From: a virus
Lineage: Duplodnaviria > Heunggongvirae > Uroviricota > Caudoviricetes
Length of the DNA: 64,000 nucleotides
Direction: 5' to 3' (one strand)
Virus record (IMG/VR): IMGVR_UViG_3300032167_000028
This document shows positions 26,497 to 34,971 of the stretch, one piece after another. Every line of letters starts with the position of its first letter. Positions within the stretch are counted from its first letter, which is position 1. A program made the translations under genes and the position numbers. The notes beneath the pieces are model-generated. The model ran no database searches, was not told where the DNA came from, and saw only the letters and a list, made by a program, of their open reading frames with translations.

Positions 26497-27100
26497 AAAG
26501 GATAATTTGTTTAATAAATCACTAGACTTTCGCCTTACCCCAATAATTCTTCTAACATATTCAGGCACCGAGGAAATAAGACTGAGCATAAAGGAGCGAC
26601 CGATATACTTCTTACCCCAAGAGGTTTCCCTCTCAATTCTCGTATGGGACTGACTACCCAATACCTTTCACCAATCATTCAGTAAAAGAAATCAATTTGT
26701 ATTTAATACTAACAACTAATTAAACAAAACTTGATAACTTACCGTCTTAGGCTACTTAGACTTTAAACCAATCTTATAGGACATTTCTATCCATCACGAC
26801 GAATCTGCTTATTGGCTTTTCCAAGGTTTGCCACAGTCACCAGCTAAGACCTAACTTGGATTCGTTGCGGAGTTACCCGCCCTTCTATTACGCAGACGAT
26901 TGGAATAATCCCTTTGTTAGCGAACACCAGAGCACATCCTCTTAACATTAGAAGTTTCTTCATATCGCATAACATCACTGTTTCTGCGGCCGCGTTTTAT
27001 GGCTATCGTCATAAAACGTATGACTGTTGTACGAGGATTCTCAGCACGTTGATTAGACGCTCTGCACTGAGTTAATCATTTATTAAACAAATTATCCTTT
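26497..27100 (-). ncRNA. large (~600 nt) structured ncRNA candidate, ROOL-like
   Basis: Perfect 23-bp inverted repeat at the two ends (26497-26519 / 27078-27100), own promoter at 27117-27145, U-tract after the 3' arm, internal GNRA hairpins, no credible ORF. Confidence 0.6.
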
Positions 27101-27116
27101 CTTTAGATTATAATTA

Positions 27117-27145
27117 ATTATAACCTAATTTTTTGAAAAAGTCAA
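27117..27145 (-). promoter_or_regulatory. promoter for the large ncRNA
   Basis: TTGACT-17-TATAAT. Confidence 0.75.
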
Positions 27146-27155
27146 ATTTTCAAAC

Positions 27156-27277
27156 TAGACGTCTTTATAAGGGTTGGACTCGAACCAACGACACATAGAT
27201 TATCAATCTATTGCTCTAACCAATTGAGCTACCCAGCCTGTTAATGGTGGCTGCACACTATTTGCTGAAAACGTCTA
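27156..27277 (-). ncRNA. CAGCAA-module RNA copy G carrying a permuted tRNA-Ile(GAT) (break in acceptor 3' strand)
   Basis: TAGACGT/ACGTCTA stem; CAGCC-ACCA-linker-GGCTGGG-D arm-ATAGA TTGATAA TCTAT-T arm-CC. Confidence 0.78.
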
Positions 27278-27309
27278 AACAAAGTCGGTGAGACAACCTA
27301 ACCGACAAC

Positions 27310-27385
27310 TGGAGCCCTCGATAGGAATTGAACCTACAACCTGCGCATTACAAGTGCGCTGCTCTGCCAATTGAGCCACGAGGGC
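27310..27385 (-). tRNA. trnT: tRNA-Thr(TGT)
   Basis: Cloverleaf, loop CTTGTAA. Confidence 0.92.
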
Positions 27386-27396
27386 ATTAATATTTC

Positions 27397-27473
27397 TAGG
27401 CAGTTTAATCAATCGCTGTTTTTCCAAAATAAAAACTACATTTGAATTAATAAAATTTTGCTGTATCTGCCTA
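27397..27473 (-). ncRNA. CAGCAA-module small RNA, copy I (short)
   Basis: TAGGCAG-ATA-CAGCAAA ... CTGCCTA. Confidence 0.62.
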
Positions 27474-27505
27474 TACCAAATTAACGCCAATTAATTTATA
27501 TCTGT

Positions 27506-27580
27506 TGGGGACCGTAGAGAGAATCGAACTCTCAACATCAGAACCACAATCTGAGGTTTTGCCATTAAACTATACGGAAC
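27506..27580 (-). tRNA. trnH: tRNA-His(GTG)
   Basis: Loop TTGTGGT, G-1/C73; upper acceptor pairs imperfect. Confidence 0.85.
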
Positions 27581-27687
27581 ATAACCGGCTATTACGGGAG
27601 GCCCTAAGGTGGACCCGCGTGATTTCCACATTTGTGCGATGCCGCTTATGTAAGCATCACACAGTCGTCTTCATTGATCAGATGAAG

Positions 27688-27764
27688 TGGCGATGCGTAC
27701 GGGACTTGAACCCGTGACCCCTAGCGTGACAGGCTAGTATTCTGACCAGCTGAACTAACGCACC
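27688..27764 (-). tRNA. trnD: tRNA-Asp(GTC)
   Basis: Cloverleaf, loop CTGTCAC. Confidence 0.92.
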
Positions 27765-27777
27765 ATACGCGGCTTGA

Positions 27778-28242
27778 TTAATCAAGCCATAAATACTCAG
27801 GAGTAAGATTAAAATTGGAATCAAGCTCATACTCATAAAAATTCAAATTATTTTGATTCAAATAGTGATTAATGCGGCCCTCTTTTGAACCATTTAGAAT
27901 ATCATTTTTTTCATATCCTATAATACGAATTTTATGAGTATATTCTTCTTCGACACGAAGCGTAGCTTTACGTTTTCTACGAATAGCGAGCATTTTTTCA
28001 CGATCACCATTCTCTTTAGCAAGACGTTCTTCTTTAAGAAGCTCTTCACTATCTTTATGAAAAACTTTACGTTCCTCGATCAACTGTTTAATTCGTTCAT
28101 CGCATAGCCGCAAAGTTTTTTCATCATCTTGCTTGACGGTTTCATACAAAGTTTCAAGAAATTTCTTCTTTCCTTCTTCAGTATAAATTCCAATGTTATA
28201 ACTATCTTCATAGTTAAACTTTTCGAGAAGCCATACTTTCAT
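27778..28242 (-). CDS. hypothetical coiled-coil protein
   Basis: Start MKVWLL with AAGGA RBS (the longer track ORF overlaps tRNA-Glu). Confidence 0.6.
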   Translation of the reverse strand: MKVWLLEKFNYEDSYNIGIYTEEGKKKFLETLYETVKQDDEKTLRLCDERIKQLIEERKVFHKDSEELLKEERLAKENGDREKMLAIRRKRKATLRVEEEYTHKIRIIGYEKNDILNGSKEGRINHYLNQNNLNFYEYELDSNFNLTPEYLWLD

Positions 28243-28261
28243 GAAATCATCCTTTCTGAGT

Positions 28262-28336
28262 TGGCAGCCTGTAGGAGAGTCGAACCCCTGATTCTGCCTT
28301 GAAAGGGCAGCGTCTTGACCGCTTGACAAACAGGCT
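28262..28336 (-). tRNA. trnE: tRNA-Glu(TTC)
   Basis: Cloverleaf, loop CTTTCAA. Confidence 0.92.
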
Positions 28337-28567
28337 ATAATTATGGTGTGGGTTTACCACTCACTGCTGCCATATCAGCGCCCATTGCATGGGAATTATT
28401 CACATCTTCCACCTTTGCGAAAGGTCGTCGAGAGTTACTTCGCTTCTTTATATCCCCTTTTCCGCTAGCCACATATCAAAAAGATCATAACCTTGCACAT
28501 CTTATTGCCAGTGGTAGTTTACTCTCAAATCCGTGTTAAGGGTTGCATCATTGCGGAGGCGATGCAT

Positions 28568-28642
28568 TGGCGGGTACGGTAGGACTCGAACCTACAACCT
28601 ACCGGTTAACAGCCGGTGGCTCTGCCATTGAGCTACGCACCC
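28568..28642 (-). tRNA. trnN: tRNA-Asn(GTT)
   Basis: Cloverleaf, loop CTGTTAA. Confidence 0.93.
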
Positions 28643-28663
28643 ATTTCTTAACCTTATGTATAT

Positions 28664-28692
28664 ATTATATACTAATTTTTTAAAATTGTCAA
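28664..28692 (-). promoter_or_regulatory. sigma70-type promoter
   Basis: TTGACA-17-TATAAT. Confidence 0.8.
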
Positions 28693-28701
28693 TTTATTTT
28701 C

Positions 28702-28765
28702 AAGACCCAATTTCATATAGTATCACTTTTGCAAAGTAAAGAAATTAAATTGCTGTCAGGGTCTT
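28702..28765 (-). ncRNA. CAGCAA-module small RNA, copy H (short, anticodon-like GCA hairpin)
   Basis: AAGACCC-TGA-CAGCAAT ... GGGTCTT; internal TTACT TTGCAAA AGTGA. Confidence 0.65.
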
Positions 28766-28768
28766 ATG

Positions 28769-28866
28769 TGGCTGGGGAGAAGGGATTCGAACCCTTACAT
28801 TACGGGTCAGAGCCGTACTTCCTGCGGTTTTAGAGACCGTTTTCTTGCCAATTAGAATACTCCCCA
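28769..28866 (-). tRNA. tRNA-Gln body with two tandem anticodon arms (CTA amber suppressor + CTG)
   Basis: TGGGGAG TA TTCT AATTGGCA AGAA A [ACGGT CTCTAAA ACCGC] AGGAAG [TACGG CTCTGAC CCGTA] ATGT AAGGG TTCGAAT CCCTT CTCCCCA GCCA. Confidence 0.8.
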
Positions 28867-28968
28867 ACGAAGGATTCTAATAAAAGGTATTTTTATTCAC
28901 CCTTTCTAAATTAGTTTTTTCCCAATCAACTATAATATTATAACAAAAATTTTTGAAAAAATCAAATT

Positions 28969-29060
28969 TGGCGGCCGCGGGGAGGCTCGAACTCCCACCA
29001 CCTTTTACAGTGCTAACGGTTTTCGAGACCGTCCCCTTAGACCAGTTTGGGTACGCGGCC
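28969..29060 (-). tRNA. trnS: tRNA-Ser(CGA)
   Basis: Class II, loop CTCGAAA. Confidence 0.92.
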
Positions 29061-29073
29061 ATATAAGGCTCCA

Positions 29074-29373
29074 TTATAGGAGCCAAGTAAGGAACTGAAT
29101 AGAACGATACTTATCTGGGACATAACCGTAAGTACGGCTAAACTCATTAACGCCCTTTGAAAGTTCGTGAGATGCGGCAGAAAGGGCACTATTAGCCTTC
29201 TTTACATTCTCATTAGCTTCCTGGAAAGACACATAGAGCTTCTCAAGATTATCTTTGGCCGCCTTCTCAGCATTAGCCTTCTTGTTCTGCTCATTTAGAT
29301 AAGCCTTTTCCGCGGCCTCGCATTCGGCCATAGTATCATAAATCTTCTTAGTGTGTTCACAATAAAACTTCAT
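29074..29373 (-). CDS. hypothetical coiled-coil protein
   Basis: AGGAG RBS, own promoter upstream. Confidence 0.6.
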   Translation of the reverse strand: MKFYCEHTKKIYDTMAECEAAEKAYLNEQNKKANAEKAAKDNLEKLYVSFQEANENVKKANSALSAASHELSKGVNEFSRTYGYVPDKYRSIQFLTWLL

Positions 29374-29441
29374 AATGATTTACTCCTTTTACTCTTTATG
29401 TATATATTATAGTCTATTTTTTAATAAAAATCAAATTTTTA

Positions 29442-29657
29442 TTAGCCTAAACTATAATCATCGTCATCATAATAATATTCTTCGTCCTCAGAAATATTAT
29501 TTATAGAACGCTTAATTTTTTGTACATTTTCTAAGCCACTTTTAAAAGAATATCCTAAACGTAAGCTTACATAGGTAGTGGTAACATATAGCATAGCGTC
29601 AACACAATGGTCGGCGATTTCAGAACGCCAAACCATAAGAATAATTAAACCTACCAT
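29442..29657 (-). CDS. small membrane protein, possible holin (true start probably further upstream)
   Basis: Hydrophobic segments, acidic C-tail, directly downstream of endolysin-like gene. Confidence 0.45.
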   Translation of the reverse strand: MVGLIILMVWRSEIADHCVDAMLYVTTTYVSLRLGYSFKSGLENVQKIKRSINNISEDEEYYYDDDDYSLG

Positions 29658-29742
29658 TAATACACAATAAATTAATGTATCAATTACAGTTAATTTTTTA
29701 GAATGTTCTGTGGCTTTCGTGATTAAATCTTTAAAAAAAGAT

Positions 29743-30657
29743 TTATCCTACGGTTGCCTGACCTAAGAGTTCCGCAAGACGCTTCGCCTCCTGTGCAGAT
29801 GCACACTGAATCTTTACATAGTAAGTTTCAGTTACAGCTTCGCCGCCTTCCTGCTTTACAAGGAACTTAGACATCATATAACCGGTTTTATTATCATAAA
29901 CGATTTGGCACCAATCACCGGCTTCCTCAACAACATCTACAAGAGCACCAATTGGTACCTTCTTAATAATATCACCGCTGGTAGATGGGCCGGTACGCAT
30001 ATTTACAGTAGAACCGCTAGAAGCAGTAACCTTTGCAGAATATAGCACTTTAATCACATCCTTATTATCAATAATTTCTTCTTCCTTAATTAAGGATTTG
30101 TCCATTTCAATTGGATTACCCTTACTGTCGTAAAGGCCTTTCATAATTGCATAGTGAGTCCAAGACTTATATTGTTTATTGTCAGTCTTTACAACACCAC
30201 TATCGTGTCCTTGGGCATGGTAAGCAATTCCATTATAATACCAACCTACATGTTGTTTAGTTCCTAAAGAATCTCGGAATACACAACATAATTTATCTTG
30301 TGGCACATTTTTAAACTTACCTTTCTCTGTCCAAATATCACTCTTCCATTGAGAAGTTGCACCAGAAACAACATCATTAATTCCTACTGCTTTAGCACCC
30401 CAACGGATAAATTGTGCACAATCATAAGCAGACTTGGCTTTTAATTGTTCATTGTCATACCATTTACATCCCTTACAATTAGATGCAGAACCATTTAAAA
30501 CTTGACAATTATTGGTTATATTCTTCTTATATTTTGGATATTGTTCAATTCTTTCTTTACGATAAGAGACTGTACAATCTTTCTAAGTGGCTCCATAAAT
30601 ATAAGGATTACCTATACGATTCTACATCCATTCTAATAGGTATTCCACTTTTGTCAT
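29743..30657 (-). CDS. NlpC/P60-like peptidoglycan peptidase with SH3b domain (2 in-frame TAG)
   Basis: ATG 30657 with AGGAGG RBS; GNPYIYGA, AYDCAQF, HVGWY..HAQG catalytic pattern; C-terminal VNMRTGPST...W..I.Y..KTGYM. Confidence 0.82.
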
Positions 30658-30669
30658 TTTTATTACCTC

Positions 30670-31227
30670 CTATTTGTTTTTTAAATAGGTTCCTGGAAAA
30701 TAAAATGCTAAAATTTCTTCATAAGTCTAGCCAGCAGCAGCTCGATTTTTTGCTCCATTTTGACTCATTCCAACTCCATGTCCTCCTCCAGAACCATTAT
30801 CATATGGATCCGGTTGAGAAATTAAATAAGGAAAATCTCCGCCCCAACGAGCTTTAGAAGAAGTTGTTTGTCCGCCATTTGATGAACTATAATAGCATCT
30901 AGCAATATTATTTCCATAGTAAAGCAATTGGCCAGCAGTTTTTTCAACTCCAGCATAAGCATTAGGATAACCAGTTAATCTTGAAGCACGATAAGCCTAA
31001 TCTTTAGAAGATTGATCTGAAATTTGAATATAACCCTTATCCTTTTTTAAACGAGACATAGCAAAGTTGCGGGCGGCAACAGCTTGGGCCGCACATGCCT
31101 CAATATGGGCATTACCAACTTCACTAGGTACGACGCCTTTTAAATATTCTTCTAAATCTAATTCAACTTGTGATGTACCAAAATATTTAATATTCTCATC
31201 CCGGGAGAATGATATCAGGACTTTCAT
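30670..31227 (-). CDS. SpoIID/LytB-family lytic transglycosylase (2 internal TAG, ends at a third TAG in frame with next gene)
   Basis: LEEYLKGVVPSE, AQAVAAR, D....Q(TAG)AY, YSSSNGG, GHGVGMSQNGA, YEEILAFYFPG. Confidence 0.85.
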
Positions 31228-31585
31228 TTGTTAAAAAACTGAGAATTTTTTTCCCATCAGGATATTTGAAATTGATATAATCTGTTTTTGGTACATTACA
31301 TAAAGTCTAAACATCATGAAGCATTTTTAAAGTTGCTTCATCAAAATAACCAGTGACAATAAAATCTGGATCTAGTTGTTTAAAAAAAGTTTGTAAAATT
31401 TTTACATCATGTCCCATCTTGTGCTTCATAAGAGGGCGTTCACCAATGTTCCAGAGATTATTATCTACATATTCATTTAGATCAAAAGAAAAATAACGAG
31501 TTGGAGCACCCCAACCTTCCCAATCAGTATTTAAGAAGGTATGAGAAGTAATATAACCTTTTTCATCAATATCATAATAAGACAT
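31196..31585 (-). CDS. peptidoglycan-binding-domain protein (1 in-frame TAG)
   Basis: GHDVKILQ...TGYFDEATLKMLHDV-TAG; the TAG falls at the conserved Gln of the PG_binding_1 'FQ' position; TGA at 31196. Confidence 0.65.
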
Positions 31586-31594
31586 ATTAAGAGT

Positions 31595-31915
31595 CTAATG
31601 TTCTTTTGGTACAATATATCCACTATGATATAATAGGCCATAAATATATTTATTATTTTCCTTTCTATAAATTATAAGGCCGGGAACATAAGGACAATTC
31701 TCCATTGTATCGCTCCAATTCATATCACACCAATCAGACATAATGGAAGTCCCAACAGGCATAATAGTACGATAATGGGAGAGTTTGCAGTAATATTCAT
31801 CCATAAGACTAAGAATGCTATCATGAATACTGTCTTCACGATGAACATACAATTCCGCGACATATTTAATTAAATCAGCCACTGGGGCTTGACGAATTTT
31901 CATTAAATTCACCAC
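31595..31915 (-). CDS. hypothetical protein
   Basis: GTG start, co-oriented. Confidence 0.5.
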   Translation of the reverse strand: MVNLMKIRQAPVADLIKYVAELYVHREDSIHDSILSLMDEYYCKLSHYRTIMPVGTSIMSDWCDMNWSDTMENCPYVPGLIIYRKENNKYIYGLLYHSGYIVPKEH

Positions 31916-31992
31916 CTTGTCATATTAAAGGTGGAAGGGCGGTCTTAACAAAAAATTAGTTTTTTCTGAATATAAAAAAAACGAGGAAGATT

Positions 31993-32415
31993 TTAACCTT
32001 CCTCTTTATCACCATGATGTGGCATTAAGTAACATGTTAATGCAATAGAACCCTGAATAATAGTTTGAATATTTTCTGTAATTTCAATACCAAGAGCTGT
32101 TAGCATACGTTCAATATGTTCCTGAGCATACTGTGGACGAGCCGCTTTATCAATTTCACCCTTTAGCCAAAGATCTTCAGCATAACCGGCAGCATCAATA
32201 GCACCGCTAATAACAGAAGACATAATAGATAGAGCAGTATTATCCTTGGTAACAGCACCAACTGCATGAAGAACCGCAGCAAGACTAGTTAGAATTGGAC
32301 TAACTAAGCTATGAAACTGGAGATAATCCTTACCCTTGACATAGCAAGCAAGAATAATAATAAGCAAAGCAGCTCCAGTTAATACAAAAGAGCCAGTATT
32401 AATATCCATAAACAT
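31993..32415 (-). CDS. phage holin, LL-H family-like
   Basis: N-terminal TM; A..YAE...GEID..R..YA...L..LGI.IT..I..II.G. Confidence 0.7.
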   Translation of the reverse strand: MFMDINTGSFVLTGAALLIIILACYVKGKDYLQFHSLVSPILTSLAAVLHAVGAVTKDNTALSIMSSVISGAIDAAGYAEDLWLKGEIDKAARPQYAQEHIERMLTALGIEITENIQTIIQGSIALTCYLMPHHGDKEEG

Positions 32416-32420
32416 TCTCC

Positions 32421-32738
32421 TTATAAAATTATATCTGGATTAATAATATATTCAATTTTATTTTGAAGTAAAAGTTCCCTCGCTGCCAATTCATCAGAAG
32501 TTTCAGGTTCACGATTTGTAACTATTTTCTTGAGACCAGTAACAATTAATAAACCAGCTTCATGTAAGGCAGGACATCCCATTGTAAATACCGTACCGCC
32601 TTCCATTTCACTCTTTTTACTGTTAATATACAACATACTGATGGCATTACAAGTTACATTAATATCGTGATTATATACTTCTTTTTCACTTGTACTAACA
32701 AGGAAATTTCCATTCACCATTACGGCTTTATCCATCAT
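32421..32738 (-). CDS. degenerate dCMP-deaminase-like fold protein
   Basis: CNAI...GGTVFTMGCP..LLIVTGLKKIV; lacks the HAE motif. Confidence 0.4.
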   Translation of the reverse strand: MMDKAVMVNGNFLVSTSEKEVYNHDINVTCNAISMLYINSKKSEMEGGTVFTMGCPALHEAGLLIVTGLKKIVTNREPETSDELAARELLLQNKIEYIINPDIIL

Positions 32739-32932
32739 ATTTTTCTCACCTCTTTATAAAATAATTATAGAACTCTTTTTTACTTTTTACAAGTTTTTGC
32801 TGATTAACAATTTGTTAATAAATGACTTAATTTTGTAACATTTTTGATAAGTAAGTCGTAATATAATCTAAATCAGCGAGACAGTAAGTAAAACCGAGTT
32901 TTTTACTTTCTTTATGAAAGGAGGGATGAAAA

Positions 32933-33313
32933 ATGGCCAACTTTAATGGTGTGTATAATATTCCTAATTTTTATAATTCTCAATAGCCGATGTTCCCACA
33001 ACCAAATGGAAACATTTACGTTATTTCTAATAGTCTTGAAGTGGCAAATGTTCCTGCTGGAGCAGGTATTACCGCGGCATTATGTACTAACGAAAGTTTA
33101 TTATATTTAAAAACAGTTTAGAATGGCGTTCCAACTTTTTTAGCTTATAAACTTTCGCCTTATACAGAAAGCCCAAAGATGCAGCCACAAGAAGATGAAG
33201 TAGAAAAACGCTTAGCTTTAATTGAAAAACAACTTACTACTTTATTAACCACTTTAGGAGGAAAGAAAAATGATGAACAATCTTCAACCACGTCAACAAG
33301 TGACTGGAATTAA
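32933..33313 (+). CDS. hypothetical protein (2 in-frame TAG), missing from the ORF track
   Basis: ATG 32933 with GGAGG RBS to TAA 33313; first TAG lies in NSQ-*-PMFPQP. Confidence 0.7.
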
Positions 33314-33458
33314 TCCTCAACAATTTCAAAAATGGTTGCCTCAAATAAATGATAATATGATGCAACAATTAATTCAACAAGCTCGTCAGCAAGGCATCTC
33401 TGAAACAGATATCCAAGCTGGTTTAAACTTTATTAAACAACTGCGTTCTCGCGGCTAA
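33270..33458 (+). CDS. Gln-rich small hypothetical protein
   Basis: AGGAGG RBS. Confidence 0.65.
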   Translation: MMNNLQPRQQVTGINPQQFQKWLPQINDNMMQQLIQQARQQGISETDIQAGLNFIKQLRSRG

Positions 33459-33512
33459 TACCGGTATAGTCGTTAGAATATATAAACAAACAATATAAAG
33501 GAGGTCTTTCGA

Positions 33513-34229
33513 ATGATGATGGACAATGGAATCTCTTTAGCCGATATTGCGGCTGTAACAAGAAATGATGAAATGAATGGAATGAATGGCCTTTGGAATA
33601 ACCCATTCATTTACCTTATCTGGATGTGGGCAATGCGTTCTTTCAACGGATGGGGCGACGGAAATGTACCAAATGGTCTTGCCACTGCTGCGGGTCAGTA
33701 TGCTACACAGGCTGATATCCAGCGTGCATTTGATACCAACACGATTGTTCAGAAACTCGATGGTATTACTAATGGTTTAAGTGATGGATTCTACGCAATG
33801 AATACTGGTATGCTTGGCAGCTTTAATGGTATTCAACGTGATCTTTGCACTGGTTTCCATGCTGTGAATAATGGTATTACTGAAAATCGTTTTGCCGCAC
33901 AACAGTGCTGCTGTGAGACAAACCGCAACATTGACAATGTAAGATTTGAAAATTCTAAAAACACTTGCGACATCACCAATGCAATTCATGCAGAAGGCGA
34001 AGCGACTCGTGCTTTAATCAATGCTAATATGGTTCAGGATCTACGTGACCGTCTTGAAGCTCGTGATCGCGATCTTCTCGTTCGTGATTTCCAGATCAGT
34101 CAGTATGCTCAGAACCAAACTTTAATTAATACCCTTAAACCTTGCCCAATTCCAGCATATTTAACTTGTTCTCCATATGCGACTGTTGGGACCCCAACTT
34201 GCGGATGTAACTATGGCACATTCGCGTAA
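33513..34229 (+). CDS. conserved Clostridia-prophage-type protein with QQCCCET motif
   Basis: AGGAGG RBS; ADIAAV, FAAQQCCCETNRNID, HAEGEATRALI, PCPIPAY. Confidence 0.8.
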   Translation: MMMDNGISLADIAAVTRNDEMNGMNGLWNNPFIYLIWMWAMRSFNGWGDGNVPNGLATAAGQYATQADIQRAFDTNTIVQKLDGITNGLSDGFYAMNTGMLGSFNGIQRDLCTGFHAVNNGITENRFAAQQCCCETNRNIDNVRFENSKNTCDITNAIHAEGEATRALINANMVQDLRDRLEARDRDLLVRDFQISQYAQNQTLINTLKPCPIPAYLTCSPYATVGTPTCGCNYGTFA

Positions 34230-34627
34230 TGCGGAGGTGGCATAATATGATGTATGTTTACACAGTTAGTGAGCAGACCACTGAAGTGGCTGCTCCTATT
34301 GAATTTACTTCTATTGGTCTTTCTAAAGGTAGAAATGCAACTCAAGCTACAGAAACTACTTTAATTATTGGTTGTCCAGGTATTTATGAAATCACTTTTA
34401 ATGGTACAGCTACGGCAGCCGGAACTGTACAATTATATGTAAATGGTGAGGAAGTAAATGGTGCGACCTCTACTGGAACTACATTAGCATTTACTACCTT
34501 AATTCAGGTTAATCCTAATTGTTGTGCAGTGACTAATAATCTTCCCGCACGCATTCAGGTAATAAACGATGGCGCGGCAGCACTTACATTAACAAATGTA
34601 GCATTAACTATTATTAAGGTGGGATGA
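34229..34627 (+). CDS. BclA C-terminal/TNF-like beta-sandwich protein
   Basis: PGIYEITFNGT...VQLYVNG; beta-rich Thr/Ala/Val composition. Confidence 0.6.
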   Translation: MRRWHNMMYVYTVSEQTTEVAAPIEFTSIGLSKGRNATQATETTLIIGCPGIYEITFNGTATAAGTVQLYVNGEEVNGATSTGTTLAFTTLIQVNPNCCAVTNNLPARIQVINDGAAALTLTNVALTIIKVG

Positions 34628-34630
34628 TAA

Positions 34631-34942
34631 ATGACTAAAATGTATAAGTACTTATATAAGAAAATGCACGACGACCTTAAAGATGCGGAAATGTTAATAG
34701 ATTATGCATGTGAATTAAAGAAAGAAGGTGGACATGATGAAGTGGCAAAGTTTTTTGTGGAAAGTGCCGTTTTTCGTTTGACCAAATCTTTCAAAGAAAC
34801 CCATAATCTATTTACGACTCACGCAACTTAGGAAAAGGGCTTTGGTGAAGAAACAGTTACCAATTGTTTATGGGATGTACAACATGAGCAAATGATGGAT
34901 TGGTATGACAAAATTGCTAAGAAAATTGAAAAGTTTAAATGA
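34631..34942 (+). CDS. helical hypothetical protein (1 in-frame TAG)
   Basis: Track ORF stops at TAG 34829; the frame continues to TGA 34942, just before a terminator. Confidence 0.7.
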
Positions 34943-34945
34943 TAC

Positions 34946-34971
34946 AAAGAGGAAGCTTAGGCTTCCTCTTT
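34946..34971. terminator. intrinsic terminator between convergent genes
   Basis: AAAGAGGAAGC-TTAG-GCTTCCTCTTT followed by T-tract. Confidence 0.8.
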
